The notes under the pieces were generated by a model that saw only the letters and a list, made by a program, of their open reading frames with translations, was not told the origin of the DNA and ran no database searches. From a virus (taxonomy: Duplodnaviria > Caudoviricetes), in the IMG/VR virus record IMGVR_UViG_3300048080_000345, positions 1-35,726 of that record: a DNA stretch of 35,726 bases; one strand, given 5' to 3'. Numbering within the stretch: position 1 is the stretch's first letter; every line of letters starts with the position of its first letter. The translations under genes were made by a program, and so were the position numbers. Shown here piece by piece: positions 6,026 to 14,487 of the stretch.

Positions 6026-6304
6026 ATGGACCAGTTGACCACGGAGACGACCGCCGCCCTACGCGCCCGCGCGCGGGAGGCCGAGGAGGCGGGCCGCTTC
6101 CACGACGCGGCCGGCCTGTACCGCGCGGCCCTGCGCGCCTACCCCGCGACCTACGCGAAGTCGGAGCTCGCCAAGCGCGACCGCGAGGGTCTGCAAAACG
6201 CCGCGGACCGTTGCACGGAAGCGGGCCTCGACCCCGCGGAGCCGGTCTGCCGGTGCGCGCCGTGCGATTCGCGGCGGCGCCGGATCGCCCGGGTCGCCTC
6301 GTGA
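6026..6304 (+). CDS. Hypothetical protein with single TPR-like helix pair and Cys-rich tail
   Basis: AEEAGRFHDAAGLYRAALRAYP; CRCAPC; good SD. Confidence 0.75.
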   Translation: MDQLTTETTAALRARAREAEEAGRFHDAAGLYRAALRAYPATYAKSELAKRDREGLQNAADRCTEAGLDPAEPVCRCAPCDSRRRRIARVAS

Positions 6305-6525
6305 GCGCGTACCGACTCGCGATCCTCGAGGCATCGGCGGAGCGTGGCCGGCCCGACGCGGACCCCCGCCTCGTGGAGGCCTGGATGCGCCTCGAGCACC
6401 CCACCCTGGACGCCCTCTCCCCCTCGGCCTTCGACGCCGAGGTCGGCGCCGCGCTCGACTGCGTCGACGCGGCCGGCGCCGCCGAGTCGGAGAAGCTCGC
6501 CGCCTCCCTGGGGCTCGCCCGATGA
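6301..6525 (+). CDS. Hypothetical protein (MSAYRLAILEASAERGRPDADPRLVEAWMRLEHPTLD...)
   Basis: GTGA overlap upstream and ATGA overlap downstream; typical codon usage. Confidence 0.7.
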   Translation: MSAYRLAILEASAERGRPDADPRLVEAWMRLEHPTLDALSPSAFDAEVGAALDCVDAAGAAESEKLAASLGLAR

Positions 6526-6818
6526 GCGGCCGCCGATCCAAGGTCGGGATCCCCCGCCGCGGCATGTCCGCCGCCGAGCTCTCCCAGTGCCAGCGGCTCA
6601 CCCTCGCCTGGGTGGCGTGCGAGCGAACCGCCGGTCGGTGGGCCCGGGCCCGGCGCCCCGGCGAGCGCGTGACCCTGGCGAGCCTGTACCGCCTGGGCCT
6701 GCTCGAGCGGCGCGCGTGGCGCGGCGTCGAGGGCGACGCGGGCGCGGCGCACGAGTACAACTTCGCCGCGGTGGTGCTCGAGGCGTTCGAGCGGCTCAAG
6801 GCCGAGGCCCGGCCGTGA
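6522..6818 (+). CDS. Hypothetical protein, possible winged-helix fold
   Basis: LSQCQRLTL...TLASLYRLGLLER pattern; coupled overlaps. Confidence 0.65.
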   Translation: MSGRRSKVGIPRRGMSAAELSQCQRLTLAWVACERTAGRWARARRPGERVTLASLYRLGLLERRAWRGVEGDAGAAHEYNFAAVVLEAFERLKAEARP

Positions 6819-6985
6819 TCGAGCTCGTCACCTACGCCCGCGGGCGCCGCGAGGTCCTGCGCGTGGCCGAGGACGTCTTCCCCGTCGGGCGCCTCTGGCT
6901 CCCGTACCGCGGCCTCTTCGGGTGGCCCCACGCCTTCCGGGTCTTCGCCCGAGCCGGCCGAGAGTTCGTCGAGGTCCACGGGTAG
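6815..6985 (+). CDS. Small hypothetical protein (MIELVTYARGRREVLRVAEDVF...)
   Basis: GTGA overlap; 56 aa with protein-like composition. Confidence 0.6.
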   Translation: MIELVTYARGRREVLRVAEDVFPVGRLWLPYRGLFGWPHAFRVFARAGREFVEVHG

Positions 6986-7014
6986 ATGGGACGCTCGCCG
7001 GCTACCCTCGGGTC

Positions 7015-7308
7015 ATGTCCGCGCCGCTCGAGCTCGAGGAGCTCGTTCTCCGGGTGGGCGCCTCCTCGTGGGACGCCTGGGTGGACCCGACCCCCGCGCC
7101 GGCCGAGCCCCGATGGGTGGCGCAGCGGCGAGAGCCGGAGGGGGATCGTGGCGGCCCCCGGACCACCCTCAGGGGGCTCTCCCTCGAGGTCCTCTTGGTC
7201 GTCGTCCTCAACTCCGAGAGGTGCCGCTACCCCGGGCCTATCGAGGTGGAGGTCGAGGTCGGCGGGCCGTGGACCTTCGGGCCTACTCGCTCGCCGTGCT
7301 CGCCCTGA
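7015..7308 (+). CDS. Hypothetical protein, possibly leaderless
   Basis: ATG 6 nt after a TACCCT -10-like hexamer; 97 aa. Confidence 0.5.
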   Translation: MSAPLELEELVLRVGASSWDAWVDPTPAPAEPRWVAQRREPEGDRGGPRTTLRGLSLEVLLVVVLNSERCRYPGPIEVEVEVGGPWTFGPTRSPCSP

Positions 7309-7415
7309 TGCTCGCGGCCTCGGTCGGGTGGCACCCCCTCGTCCTGGTGCCCCTCGAGGACGCGCCGCGGCTCGACCCGGACCGCCGGGCCCGGCGGGCC
7401 CGCCTGCTCGGGTAG
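7269..7415 (+). CDS. Small membrane/secreted peptide (MDLRAYSLAVLALMLAASVGWHPLVLVP...)
   Basis: GTG with GAGGT upstream; hydrophobic N-terminus. Confidence 0.45.
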   Translation: MDLRAYSLAVLALMLAASVGWHPLVLVPLEDAPRLDPDRRARRARLLG

Positions 7416-7491
7416 GTGGGTCACCCCGAAAAGGTTTCAACCCCTCGCGCGCGGGCGCTTCGCGCCTTCGGCGTGGCCCTTCTGGACCCCC

Positions 7492-7520
7492 TTCCCATTC
7501 ACGCGGCCGCGTGGTAGCCT
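7492..7520 (+). promoter_or_regulatory. sigma70-type promoter TTCCCA-N17-TAGCCT with extended -10 TG
   Basis: Intergenic, ~30 nt upstream of GAGGAGG SD/ATG 7553. Confidence 0.5.
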
Positions 7521-7552
7521 GCGCGCCACAACCACGAGAGGAGGCGCCTCCC

Positions 7553-8704
7553 ATGGCCCTCGTTATTCCCCGGTATCTTCAGTTCCGCGTCGTCTTCGAG
7601 TCGGTGGCGCCGAGCGGCTGCAAGCCCCTGGCCATCCCATTCGACCCGGAGGCGCGGCCGCGGCGCGTCCTCGAGACGAGGTCGATGGCCCTGCAAACGC
7701 CCTCTCCGACTTTGACCCTCTCGAATCGGGTCGTCGACCTCGAGGACGAGAGCGAGGCGCGCCGCGCCCGGTACTACGACCTGGTCGACGCGCTCGAGCC
7801 GCTCTTCTACTGCGCCACCGGGGGGCCGCTCGCCGGCGCCGCGGACGTGCTCGAGGCGGTCCGGAAGAAGGTCCTCGAGGCGTGCGACTTCCAGCGGCGC
7901 CTCGAGAACCAGGCCGAGACGATCGATGCTCTGCGCGGGGAGAAGGCGACCGTCGAGGCCGAGCTCGAGGTCGCGAAAGACGCCGCCGGCCGGTACGCCG
8001 CGGACGCGAGAACGCTGGCGGCGGGGCTCAGGGAGTCCGAGGCCGAGCGCGCGAGGATTCCGACCTACTACCCCGACGAGCTCGGGATCTCCAGCTCGCA
8101 CCGCGGGCGCCGGGTCGCCGCGATCGTCGACAAGGCGCGGAACCGCGCGCCGGTGGTCTCGAACGGGCAGCCCGAGCGGTACCTCGCCGGGTGGATCGTG
8201 AACCTCGAGGACGAGCGCGACGGCCGTCGGGGCCCGAGCGGCTCGAGCTCCAACCGCTCGACCCTGCGCGGCCGGGTGGCGAAGCTCGAGGACCGGGTCG
8301 AGACTCGGAACCGCCGGATCGCCGCCCTCAGGCGAGAGCTCGACGAGGCGATCGCCGAGCTACGGAGGCACGGGGAGGTCAACGGGGGCCTCCTGACCCC
8401 GCCCGGTACGGCGGATCGGCTGATGGCGGCCGCGGAGCGGGTCCGAGCCGACCGCGACGTCCACGAGCGGCGCGCCGCGCTCGCGTTCTTCCTGTACGGC
8501 CACCTCCGCGACCACCTCTTCGCGACGGGCATGTCCGACGGGGAGCGCGCCTACCTCGAGCGCCGCCTCAAGGCGACGGTCGCGGAGCACGTCGAGAAGC
8601 CCCGGGCCGGCGGGCATTTCCAGTTCGGGTTCGCCGGCGTGGAGTTCTCGGACGAGGAGCTCGGGCGCCTCTGCCGAGAAATCGCGGTGCGGGTCCTCCC
8701 GTGA
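7553..8704 (+). CDS. Coiled-coil-rich hypothetical protein (383 aa)
   Basis: GAGGAGG SD and ATG 7553; heptad-like segments (QRRLENQAETIDALRGEK, LRGRVAKLEDRVETRNRRIAALRRELDEA). Confidence 0.85.
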   Translation: MALVIPRYLQFRVVFESVAPSGCKPLAIPFDPEARPRRVLETRSMALQTPSPTLTLSNRVVDLEDESEARRARYYDLVDALEPLFYCATGGPLAGAADVLEAVRKKVLEACDFQRRLENQAETIDALRGEKATVEAELEVAKDAAGRYAADARTLAAGLRESEAERARIPTYYPDELGISSSHRGRRVAAIVDKARNRAPVVSNGQPERYLAGWIVNLEDERDGRRGPSGSSSNRSTLRGRVAKLEDRVETRNRRIAALRRELDEAIAELRRHGEVNGGLLTPPGTADRLMAAAERVRADRDVHERRAALAFFLYGHLRDHLFATGMSDGERAYLERRLKATVAEHVEKPRAGGHFQFGFAGVEFSDEELGRLCREIAVRVLP

Positions 8705-8919
8705 GCGACTCGAAGGCCTCGGTCTTCGCGGACACGGCGCGGCGCCTGGTCCTGCGATCCGACGGGCTGTTCGATGGGTCCACCCCCTCGTCGACCGTGG
8801 CCGGGGCCATCCTCATGGTCGCGGCCGCCGGGTGGGCGATCGCCGCCGAGCTCGCGGCCGCGCGCGAAGCTCATCGGACCGTCGTCGGCCCCGACAAGCA
8901 GCCGGGGGTCCAGCTGTGA
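8701..8919 (+). CDS. Small membrane protein
   Basis: GTGA overlaps; one hydrophobic segment VAGAILMVAAAGWAIAA. Confidence 0.6.
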   Translation: MSDSKASVFADTARRLVLRSDGLFDGSTPSSTVAGAILMVAAAGWAIAAELAAAREAHRTVVGPDKQPGVQL

Positions 8920-9368
8920 GGGTCGGGGACGCGAAGAACGACCTGCCGTTCTACGATCCGCGTCGTCCGGTCCAACCGGCCCCCGAGACGTCTCCCCCGA
9001 GTCGATGGTGGCTCCTGCCCGCGGTCCCCTTCGCCGTCGTCTTCCTGGTGGTGGTCGGCGGGTTTTTCCTCGCGTCCGCGGTCCTCCACGTGGTCGCGCG
9101 GTTTTTCCTCGGGGCCGCGTCGCTCCTGTTCTACCCGAGCGAGCGGGAGATCCTTAGGTCTCGCCTGGTGGTTGACCCCTCGAGCGGCTCGGACGTCCAG
9201 GTCGCGCTCCTGGTCCTGTTCTGCCCGCGTTGCGGGGCCCAGCACTTCGACGCGCCCGACATCGGGAACGGGTGGACCAACCCCCCGCACAAGACCCACC
9301 TCTGCGCGGCTTGCGGGGAGACGTGGCGCCCCTTCGAGTTCCCCACGGAGGGGGTCGTCGGTGGTTGA
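8916..9368 (+). CDS. Membrane-anchored zinc-ribbon protein
   Basis: Long hydrophobic block followed by CPRCGAQH...WTNPPHKTHLCAACG. Confidence 0.7.
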   Translation: MRVGDAKNDLPFYDPRRPVQPAPETSPPSRWWLLPAVPFAVVFLVVVGGFFLASAVLHVVARFFLGAASLLFYPSEREILRSRLVVDPSSGSDVQVALLVLFCPRCGAQHFDAPDIGNGWTNPPHKTHLCAACGETWRPFEFPTEGVVGG

Positions 9369-9753
9369 CTTCGCCGCGGTCCTCGAAAAGGAGCGGGCCC
9401 GCGTGGCCGAGCTCGTGGCGGATCACGGCGCCCTCGAGCTCGCGCGCCTCGTGGTCAAGCTCGAGCGGCAGCTGGGGGAGGCCCACGCGGAGCGGGATCG
9501 GGTGGTGGCGTCCATGTCGGCCGACCGGAACCGGCTCTTCGACGACAACCGGCGCCTTCGCGGGCTGCCCCCGATCAAGAACCTCGAGGAGGAGCCGGCG
9601 CCCAGCCCGACCCTCCTGGGCCTCCCCGTAGTGATGGACCCGAACATGGAGCCCGGGACCTTCAAGCTCGGGCGCCTCGAGCCCCGGAACTTCGACGGGG
9701 GCGAGGACCTGGGCGGGAGCAAGCTCCGCCGCCGGGCTAGCCTCCTCTCGTGA
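9361..9753 (+). CDS. Hypothetical coiled-coil protein
   Basis: GTG 9361 after GGAGGGG; overlaps both neighbours. Confidence 0.65.
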   Translation: MVDFAAVLEKERARVAELVADHGALELARLVVKLERQLGEAHAERDRVVASMSADRNRLFDDNRRLRGLPPIKNLEEEPAPSPTLLGLPVVMDPNMEPGTFKLGRLEPRNFDGGEDLGGSKLRRRASLLS

Positions 9754-10145
9754 TCGACGCGTTCGAGGCCGGGGGCTGGGAGGAGGTCTCGGGGCCGCGG
9801 CCTCCGGGCGCGCCCGCGCGCCGGCGCCTCGAGCGATACCCCCGGGTCGTCAACGTGCGGAACCGGAGGATCTCCCCGGGCGGCGACCTTATCCTGGTCA
9901 CGCGCCGGACTCCGTGGGGCAACCCCCACCTCGTCCGAACGGGGGCCCCGGACTCGAGGCGGGGGGCGATCGCGCGGTTCCGGCGGGACGTCGCGTTTCT
10001 GATCCGAGCTCGACCCGGCTACCTCGAGGAGCTCCGCCGCGACCTGGGCGGCGCCGACCTCGGCTGTGCTTGCCTGCCCCTGCCGTGCCACGCGCGGACC
10101 CTCGTCGCCGCCGCAAACTCGAAGCCGGGCGGGGTTCTCGAATAG
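9750..10145 (+). CDS. DUF4326 family protein
   Basis: RRTPWGNP and LGGADLGCACLPLPCHARTL motifs. Confidence 0.85.
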   Translation: MIDAFEAGGWEEVSGPRPPGAPARRRLERYPRVVNVRNRRISPGGDLILVTRRTPWGNPHLVRTGAPDSRRGAIARFRRDVAFLIRARPGYLEELRRDLGGADLGCACLPLPCHARTLVAAANSKPGGVLE

Positions 10146-10204
10146 ACCGGAACCGAGTCTTCAAAGACTCGATTCGAGTCCGTCGAAGGTGGTAGGATCG
10201 GGGG

Positions 10205-10597
10205 GTGAGGTTCAAGGCCGCCCACGCCTGGCTCGCGCTCGCCGCCGCGCTCGCGCTCGGCCCCGTGGCTTTCGCCAACATCCTGGCGGCCGCGCTGCCC
10301 GGGTCTCCGGCCTTCCCGCCCATCGCGATCGCGTCGGACCCCACGGTGGGGCCCGAGGGCGAGTCCGACCCCTTCCCCTCCCCTCCCCGGTGCGAGCTCG
10401 CCTGGCGATCCGAGACCGAGGCCGGGTGGTGCAAGCCCGGGATCGAGGGCCGCGTCTGCCCGGACGGGAGGGCCTGGCTCGTGGTGCGGCAGCTTCAACC
10501 GGGCGGGTCCTGCCAGGTCGCCGGCGAGTTCTTCCCGCCGTGCCATCCCGGCGCGGCGTGGGCCTGCTCGAGGGCGACCCCGCCGGACGGTCGGTAG
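10205..10597 (+). CDS. Cys-rich secreted/membrane-anchored protein
   Basis: N-terminal signal-peptide-like MRFKAAHAWLALAAALALGPVAFA; six Cys in the mature part. Confidence 0.7.
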   Translation: MRFKAAHAWLALAAALALGPVAFANILAAALPGSPAFPPIAIASDPTVGPEGESDPFPSPPRCELAWRSETEAGWCKPGIEGRVCPDGRAWLVVRQLQPGGSCQVAGEFFPPCHPGAAWACSRATPPDGR

Positions 10598-11068
10598 GTG
10601 GCGCGGCCGATTCGGTCCCTTCCCGGGTACGACGCGGCGCTCTCGCGCCGGTACGCGCGGAGGCGCCCGCGCGGGCGCGCGAGGCTCGAGCGCCAGGAGC
10701 AAGTCGAGCTCGTCGCGCTCCTGCAAACCCAGCACCCCGACGTGCTCTTCTTCGCGATCCCGAACGGCGGCGCGCGCGACAAGCGGGTCGCCTCGAGGCT
10801 CAAGGCCGAGGGGGTGCTCGCGGGGGTCTGCGACCTCTTCGTGGCGGAGCCCCGCGGCGGATACCCGGGCCTCTTCGTGGAGATGAAGCGGACGACCGGC
10901 GGGACCGTCTCGCCGAAGCAGCGCCGCTTCATGCGCCGCGCCCGCGCGCGCGGATACAAGGTCGAGGTGTGCGACCGCGGGGCGCGCGCGGCCCTCGAGG
11001 TCGTGGAGGCCTACCTGGCCGAGCCCGGGGGCCCGATGCTCTCGCGCCTGCGCCGCGCGCTGGAGTAG
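10598..11068 (+). CDS. VRR-NUC domain nuclease (PD-(D/E)XK)
   Basis: FAIPNGGARD..LKAEGVLAGVCDL..GLFVEMK..GGTVSPKQ. Confidence 0.9.
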   Translation: MARPIRSLPGYDAALSRRYARRRPRGRARLERQEQVELVALLQTQHPDVLFFAIPNGGARDKRVASRLKAEGVLAGVCDLFVAEPRGGYPGLFVEMKRTTGGTVSPKQRRFMRRARARGYKVEVCDRGARAALEVVEAYLAEPGGPMLSRLRRALE

Positions 11069-11097
11069 CGCGGGGCCCACGCGCTACGATCGCACCT

Positions 11098-11640
11098 ATG
11101 CCGAGCCCCGGATCCCGCGAAGGAAAGTATCGCCGCCGCCTGGACGCGTTCTTCCGTCCGGGCGCGTCGGGCAAGTCGAAGCGCCGTGCGCGCCGCATCC
11201 TGTACGGAAAGCGACTCGCCGAGGGGGGCCCCGGCTTGAAGTACGACCCGGACGTCCACCCGGCCGGGCTCGTCGCCTACTTCCGCGCGGCCTACGACCG
11301 CCTGTCGGACGCGAAGGAGGTCGTGACCGACAAAGGCGACGTCAAGTACGTGGCGCGGCCCCTGCGCGTTCCTTCCATGGCGGGCTACGGGGTGACGGTC
11401 GGCGTCGCGCGGAGGACGCTCCAGGCGTGGCGAGACCGCTACCCGGAGTTCGGGGTCGCGTACGAGGAGGGGAAGAGCATCCAGGAGGCGTTCATCCTCG
11501 AGCTCGCCGCGATGAACGGCCTGAACCCGCTGATCTCCGCCCTCGCCCTCAAGAACTACCAGGGCTGGAAGGAGAAGGCGGACGTCGAGGTCGGGGGCTC
11601 GATCACGCTCCACTTCGACGGGCAGGACTCGGAGGCGTAG
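11098..11640 (+). CDS. terS: Terminase small subunit
   Basis: PSMAGYGVTVGVARRTLQAWRDRYPEF HTH and ALKNYQGWKEK tail typical of P22 gp3-like TerS; position before TerL. Confidence 0.85.
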   Translation: MPSPGSREGKYRRRLDAFFRPGASGKSKRRARRILYGKRLAEGGPGLKYDPDVHPAGLVAYFRAAYDRLSDAKEVVTDKGDVKYVARPLRVPSMAGYGVTVGVARRTLQAWRDRYPEFGVAYEEGKSIQEAFILELAAMNGLNPLISALALKNYQGWKEKADVEVGGSITLHFDGQDSEA

Positions 11641-11643
11641 CGC

Positions 11644-11844
11644 GTGCCCGGCGTGGATCCCCTCGGCCGGTGCCTTCGTTGCGGCCGGCGCATCGAGTGC
11701 TCCGGCGGGTGCTTCGCCTGCCCGGCGATCGCCACGAATCAACCCCAGACCACCGTCGCCCCGACCCCCACGACCTGGACGGATCCCCCGACCGTGTTTC
11801 CGCCCCCGCTCGTGCCGGTGACGCTCATCCTCCCGACCTCGTGA
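11644..11844 (+). CDS. Small Cys-rich/Pro-Thr-rich protein between terS and terL
   Basis: CLRC..C..CFAC; fills the terS-terL gap, GTGA overlap with terL. Confidence 0.45.
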   Translation: MPGVDPLGRCLRCGRRIECSGGCFACPAIATNQPQTTVAPTPTTWTDPPTVFPPPLVPVTLILPTS

Positions 11845-13094
11845 AGGTCCCCCCGTTCGTCAAGACCGAGCGCCAGGTCGCGGCGCTCGACGTGGTGAAC
11901 AAGAACCGCCACGGGATGCTCTACGGTGGCGCGCGGTCGGGCAAGACCGCGATCCTGGTCCGGAACGTCTTCCTCCGCGCGCTCAAGAAGCCGTCGCGCC
12001 ACCTCATCGTCCGCTTCCGGTACAACCACGCGCGCGTGTCGCTCGCGCACGAGACCGTCCCCTGGATCCTCGCGCGGTGCTTCCCCGGCCTGCCGATCCT
12101 CGAGAACAAGGCCGACGGCTACTGGTCGGTGCCGTGCGAGGGTGGCGGGACCTCTGAGGTATGGCTGGGTGGCACCGACGACAAGACGCGAATCGAGAAG
12201 ATCCTCGGAAACCAATACAGCACGATCTACGCTAACGAGTGTTCTCAGATCCCCTTCGAGGCGATCGCGACGTTGTGGACCCGGCTCGCGGAGGTCTCCG
12301 GCCTCGAGCAGCGGTTTTACTACGACTGCAACCCTCCCGGCAAGAAGCACTGGACTTACCTCCTGTTCGTCGAGGGCCGGCTGCCCGACGGGTCGCCCCA
12401 CAAGCTCGACGTCGGGCACCTCCAGGTCAACCCGATCCACAACCGCGCGAACCTCTCGCCCGAGTACGTGGAGGCCCTCGAGTCCCTGCCGCGCCGGATG
12501 CGCCAGCGCTTCCTCGAGGGCGAGTACCTCGCGGACGTGGAGGGCGCCCTCTGGACCGACGAGATGCTGGTCCGGGCCAAGACCCTGGATCCCCGCGCGT
12601 GGGCCAAGACCATCATCGCCGTCGACCCTTCGGTCTCGAACAACCGGGGCTCGGACGAGTGCGGGATCGTGCCCTGCTCGATCGACGAAGTCGGGCTGGG
12701 GGCGGTTCGGGGGGACCTCTCCGGGAAGCTCTCCACCCGGACCTGGGCCGCGCGGGTGGTCGCCGCGTACCACGCCTACGAGGCGAACTACGTCGTGGCC
12801 GAAAAGAATAACGGCGGCGACCTGGTGAAGGACGCGATCCACAACGTCGACCCCGGGATCAAGGTCGAGCTCGTCACGGCCTCGGTTGGGAAGAAGGCGA
12901 GGGCCGAGCCGGTTTCGATGCTGTTCGAGCAGGGGAAGGTGGCGATCCTCGGGGAGTTCCCGAAGCTCGAGGCCGAGCTCACCGAGACCGTATTCGACGA
13001 CGTGAAGGAGAGCCCGAACCGGCTCGACGCTATGGTCTGGGGGCTGACCCACCTGATGGTCAAAAAACGCGGCGCGCGGATCCACGTCGGTTAA
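11841..13094 (+). CDS. terL: Terminase large subunit (Terminase_6/PBSX-like)
   Basis: Walker A YGGARSGKT, Walker B TIYANE, motif III YDCNP, nuclease IAVDPS and SPNRLDAMVW. Confidence 0.96.
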   Translation: MKVPPFVKTERQVAALDVVNKNRHGMLYGGARSGKTAILVRNVFLRALKKPSRHLIVRFRYNHARVSLAHETVPWILARCFPGLPILENKADGYWSVPCEGGGTSEVWLGGTDDKTRIEKILGNQYSTIYANECSQIPFEAIATLWTRLAEVSGLEQRFYYDCNPPGKKHWTYLLFVEGRLPDGSPHKLDVGHLQVNPIHNRANLSPEYVEALESLPRRMRQRFLEGEYLADVEGALWTDEMLVRAKTLDPRAWAKTIIAVDPSVSNNRGSDECGIVPCSIDEVGLGAVRGDLSGKLSTRTWAARVVAAYHAYEANYVVAEKNNGGDLVKDAIHNVDPGIKVELVTASVGKKARAEPVSMLFEQGKVAILGEFPKLEAELTETVFDDVKESPNRLDAMVWGLTHLMVKKRGARIHVG

Positions 13095-13107
13095 GCTGGA
13101 GGGCTAG

Positions 13108-14484
13108 ATGTCGGTTTGGTCCAGGATCCGCGACGGTCGCGCGACCAAGGCGGCCCCGTCCGCCCAGGTGGAAAGGGCCACGAGCGCCCCGCCGTCCGAA
13201 AAGAAGTCCCGCGTCCTCGGCCTCTCCCCCGAGCTCGGGTCGCTCCTGATGTTCGGAGAGGGGACGGCCGCGAGCCCCAGTTCCGCTCTGTCCCTCTACG
13301 AGCAGTCGACCGCGGTCAGCGTCCCCGTGGACATGGTCGCGGACGCTCTCTCGATCGTGGAACCGATCCTCCTGGTCGACGACAAAAAGGTCAAGAGCCA
13401 CCCGGTATTGGACCTCCTCAAGGCGCCGTCGCCGTTCTTCTCGACCGAGCTCTTCCTGGAGACGCTCGCGAAGCATTACCTGATCACCGGGGAGTCTCCC
13501 TTCGCCCTGCTCGGGAACATCAAGCGCCCCCCGCTCGAGATCCAACCCCTGACGCCGAAAGTTCTGACCGCGGTTCGCGGGAGTTCGGACGTCCCCGACT
13601 CGTGGCAGGTCTCCGGAAATACCCTGTTCGGCGTCTACAAGCGAACGACCGACGGGAAGCGGGTCGCCTACTACGACGGGCCCTTGCGCGAGCTCGTGGT
13701 CGTGCGCGGGTTCTCCACCCGGGACAATTCGGTCTGCAGGGGGCAGTCTCCCCTGGTCTCCGCGTGTCGAGAGGCGCGGAGCCACATCCTCGGCACGACC
13801 CACAACGTCTCGTTGCTCGAGCGCGGCGGCCGCGTGTCCCTGGTCTTCCACTACGAGGAGGACATGGACGACGACGACTACGAGGAGGTCAAGCGGCGCG
13901 TGATCGAGCAGTACGGCGGCGCGACCAAGGCCGGAACGATCGGCGTCTCCGCCGGCGGGAAGCTCGAGGTCAAGGAGCTCGGCGTGAACCCGAAGGACAT
14001 GGACTTCGGCAACCTTCAGGCGATCGCGATTCAGTCCTGCGCGCTGCGCTACCACGTGCCCCTCCCGCTGATTACGGCGGACCGGCAGACCCTCGACAAC
14101 TACCGCGAGGGCAAGCTGGCGCTCTACGACGACGCCGTGATCCCGCTCTCGAAGCGGATCTTCGGGGGACTCGGCTCCGCGCTCCTGCCGCGCTACGGCC
14201 TCGACCCCTCCCGCGCGCGGCTCGCGCTCGACCCGGACGACGTGACGGCCCTCGTCTCTCGTCGGAACGACGAGCTCAAGAAGCGGCGGGAGATCGGGGT
14301 CGAGACCCACAACGAGCTCCGGTCCCTGATGGGCCGGGAGAAGGCCGAAGGCGGGGACGTGATCTACGTCCCGGCGGGCATGGTCCCGGCCGGCTCCGAC
14401 ATCTTCACGCGAGACGAGGATCCGTCCCTGCTCGAGGACGAGGACGGTTCGGACGGCGGCGCCGCGCCCGCGAAGCAGCCGTAG
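13108..14484 (+). CDS. Portal protein, HK97 family
   Basis: HPVLDLLKAPSP, HYLITGE, RGQSPL, PKDMDF, THNELRSLMG; follows terL. Confidence 0.95.
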   Translation: MSVWSRIRDGRATKAAPSAQVERATSAPPSEKKSRVLGLSPELGSLLMFGEGTAASPSSALSLYEQSTAVSVPVDMVADALSIVEPILLVDDKKVKSHPVLDLLKAPSPFFSTELFLETLAKHYLITGESPFALLGNIKRPPLEIQPLTPKVLTAVRGSSDVPDSWQVSGNTLFGVYKRTTDGKRVAYYDGPLRELVVVRGFSTRDNSVCRGQSPLVSACREARSHILGTTHNVSLLERGGRVSLVFHYEEDMDDDDYEEVKRRVIEQYGGATKAGTIGVSAGGKLEVKELGVNPKDMDFGNLQAIAIQSCALRYHVPLPLITADRQTLDNYREGKLALYDDAVIPLSKRIFGGLGSALLPRYGLDPSRARLALDPDDVTALVSRRNDELKKRREIGVETHNELRSLMGREKAEGGDVIYVPAGMVPAGSDIFTRDEDPSLLEDEDGSDGGAAPAKQP

Positions 14485-14487
14485 CGC

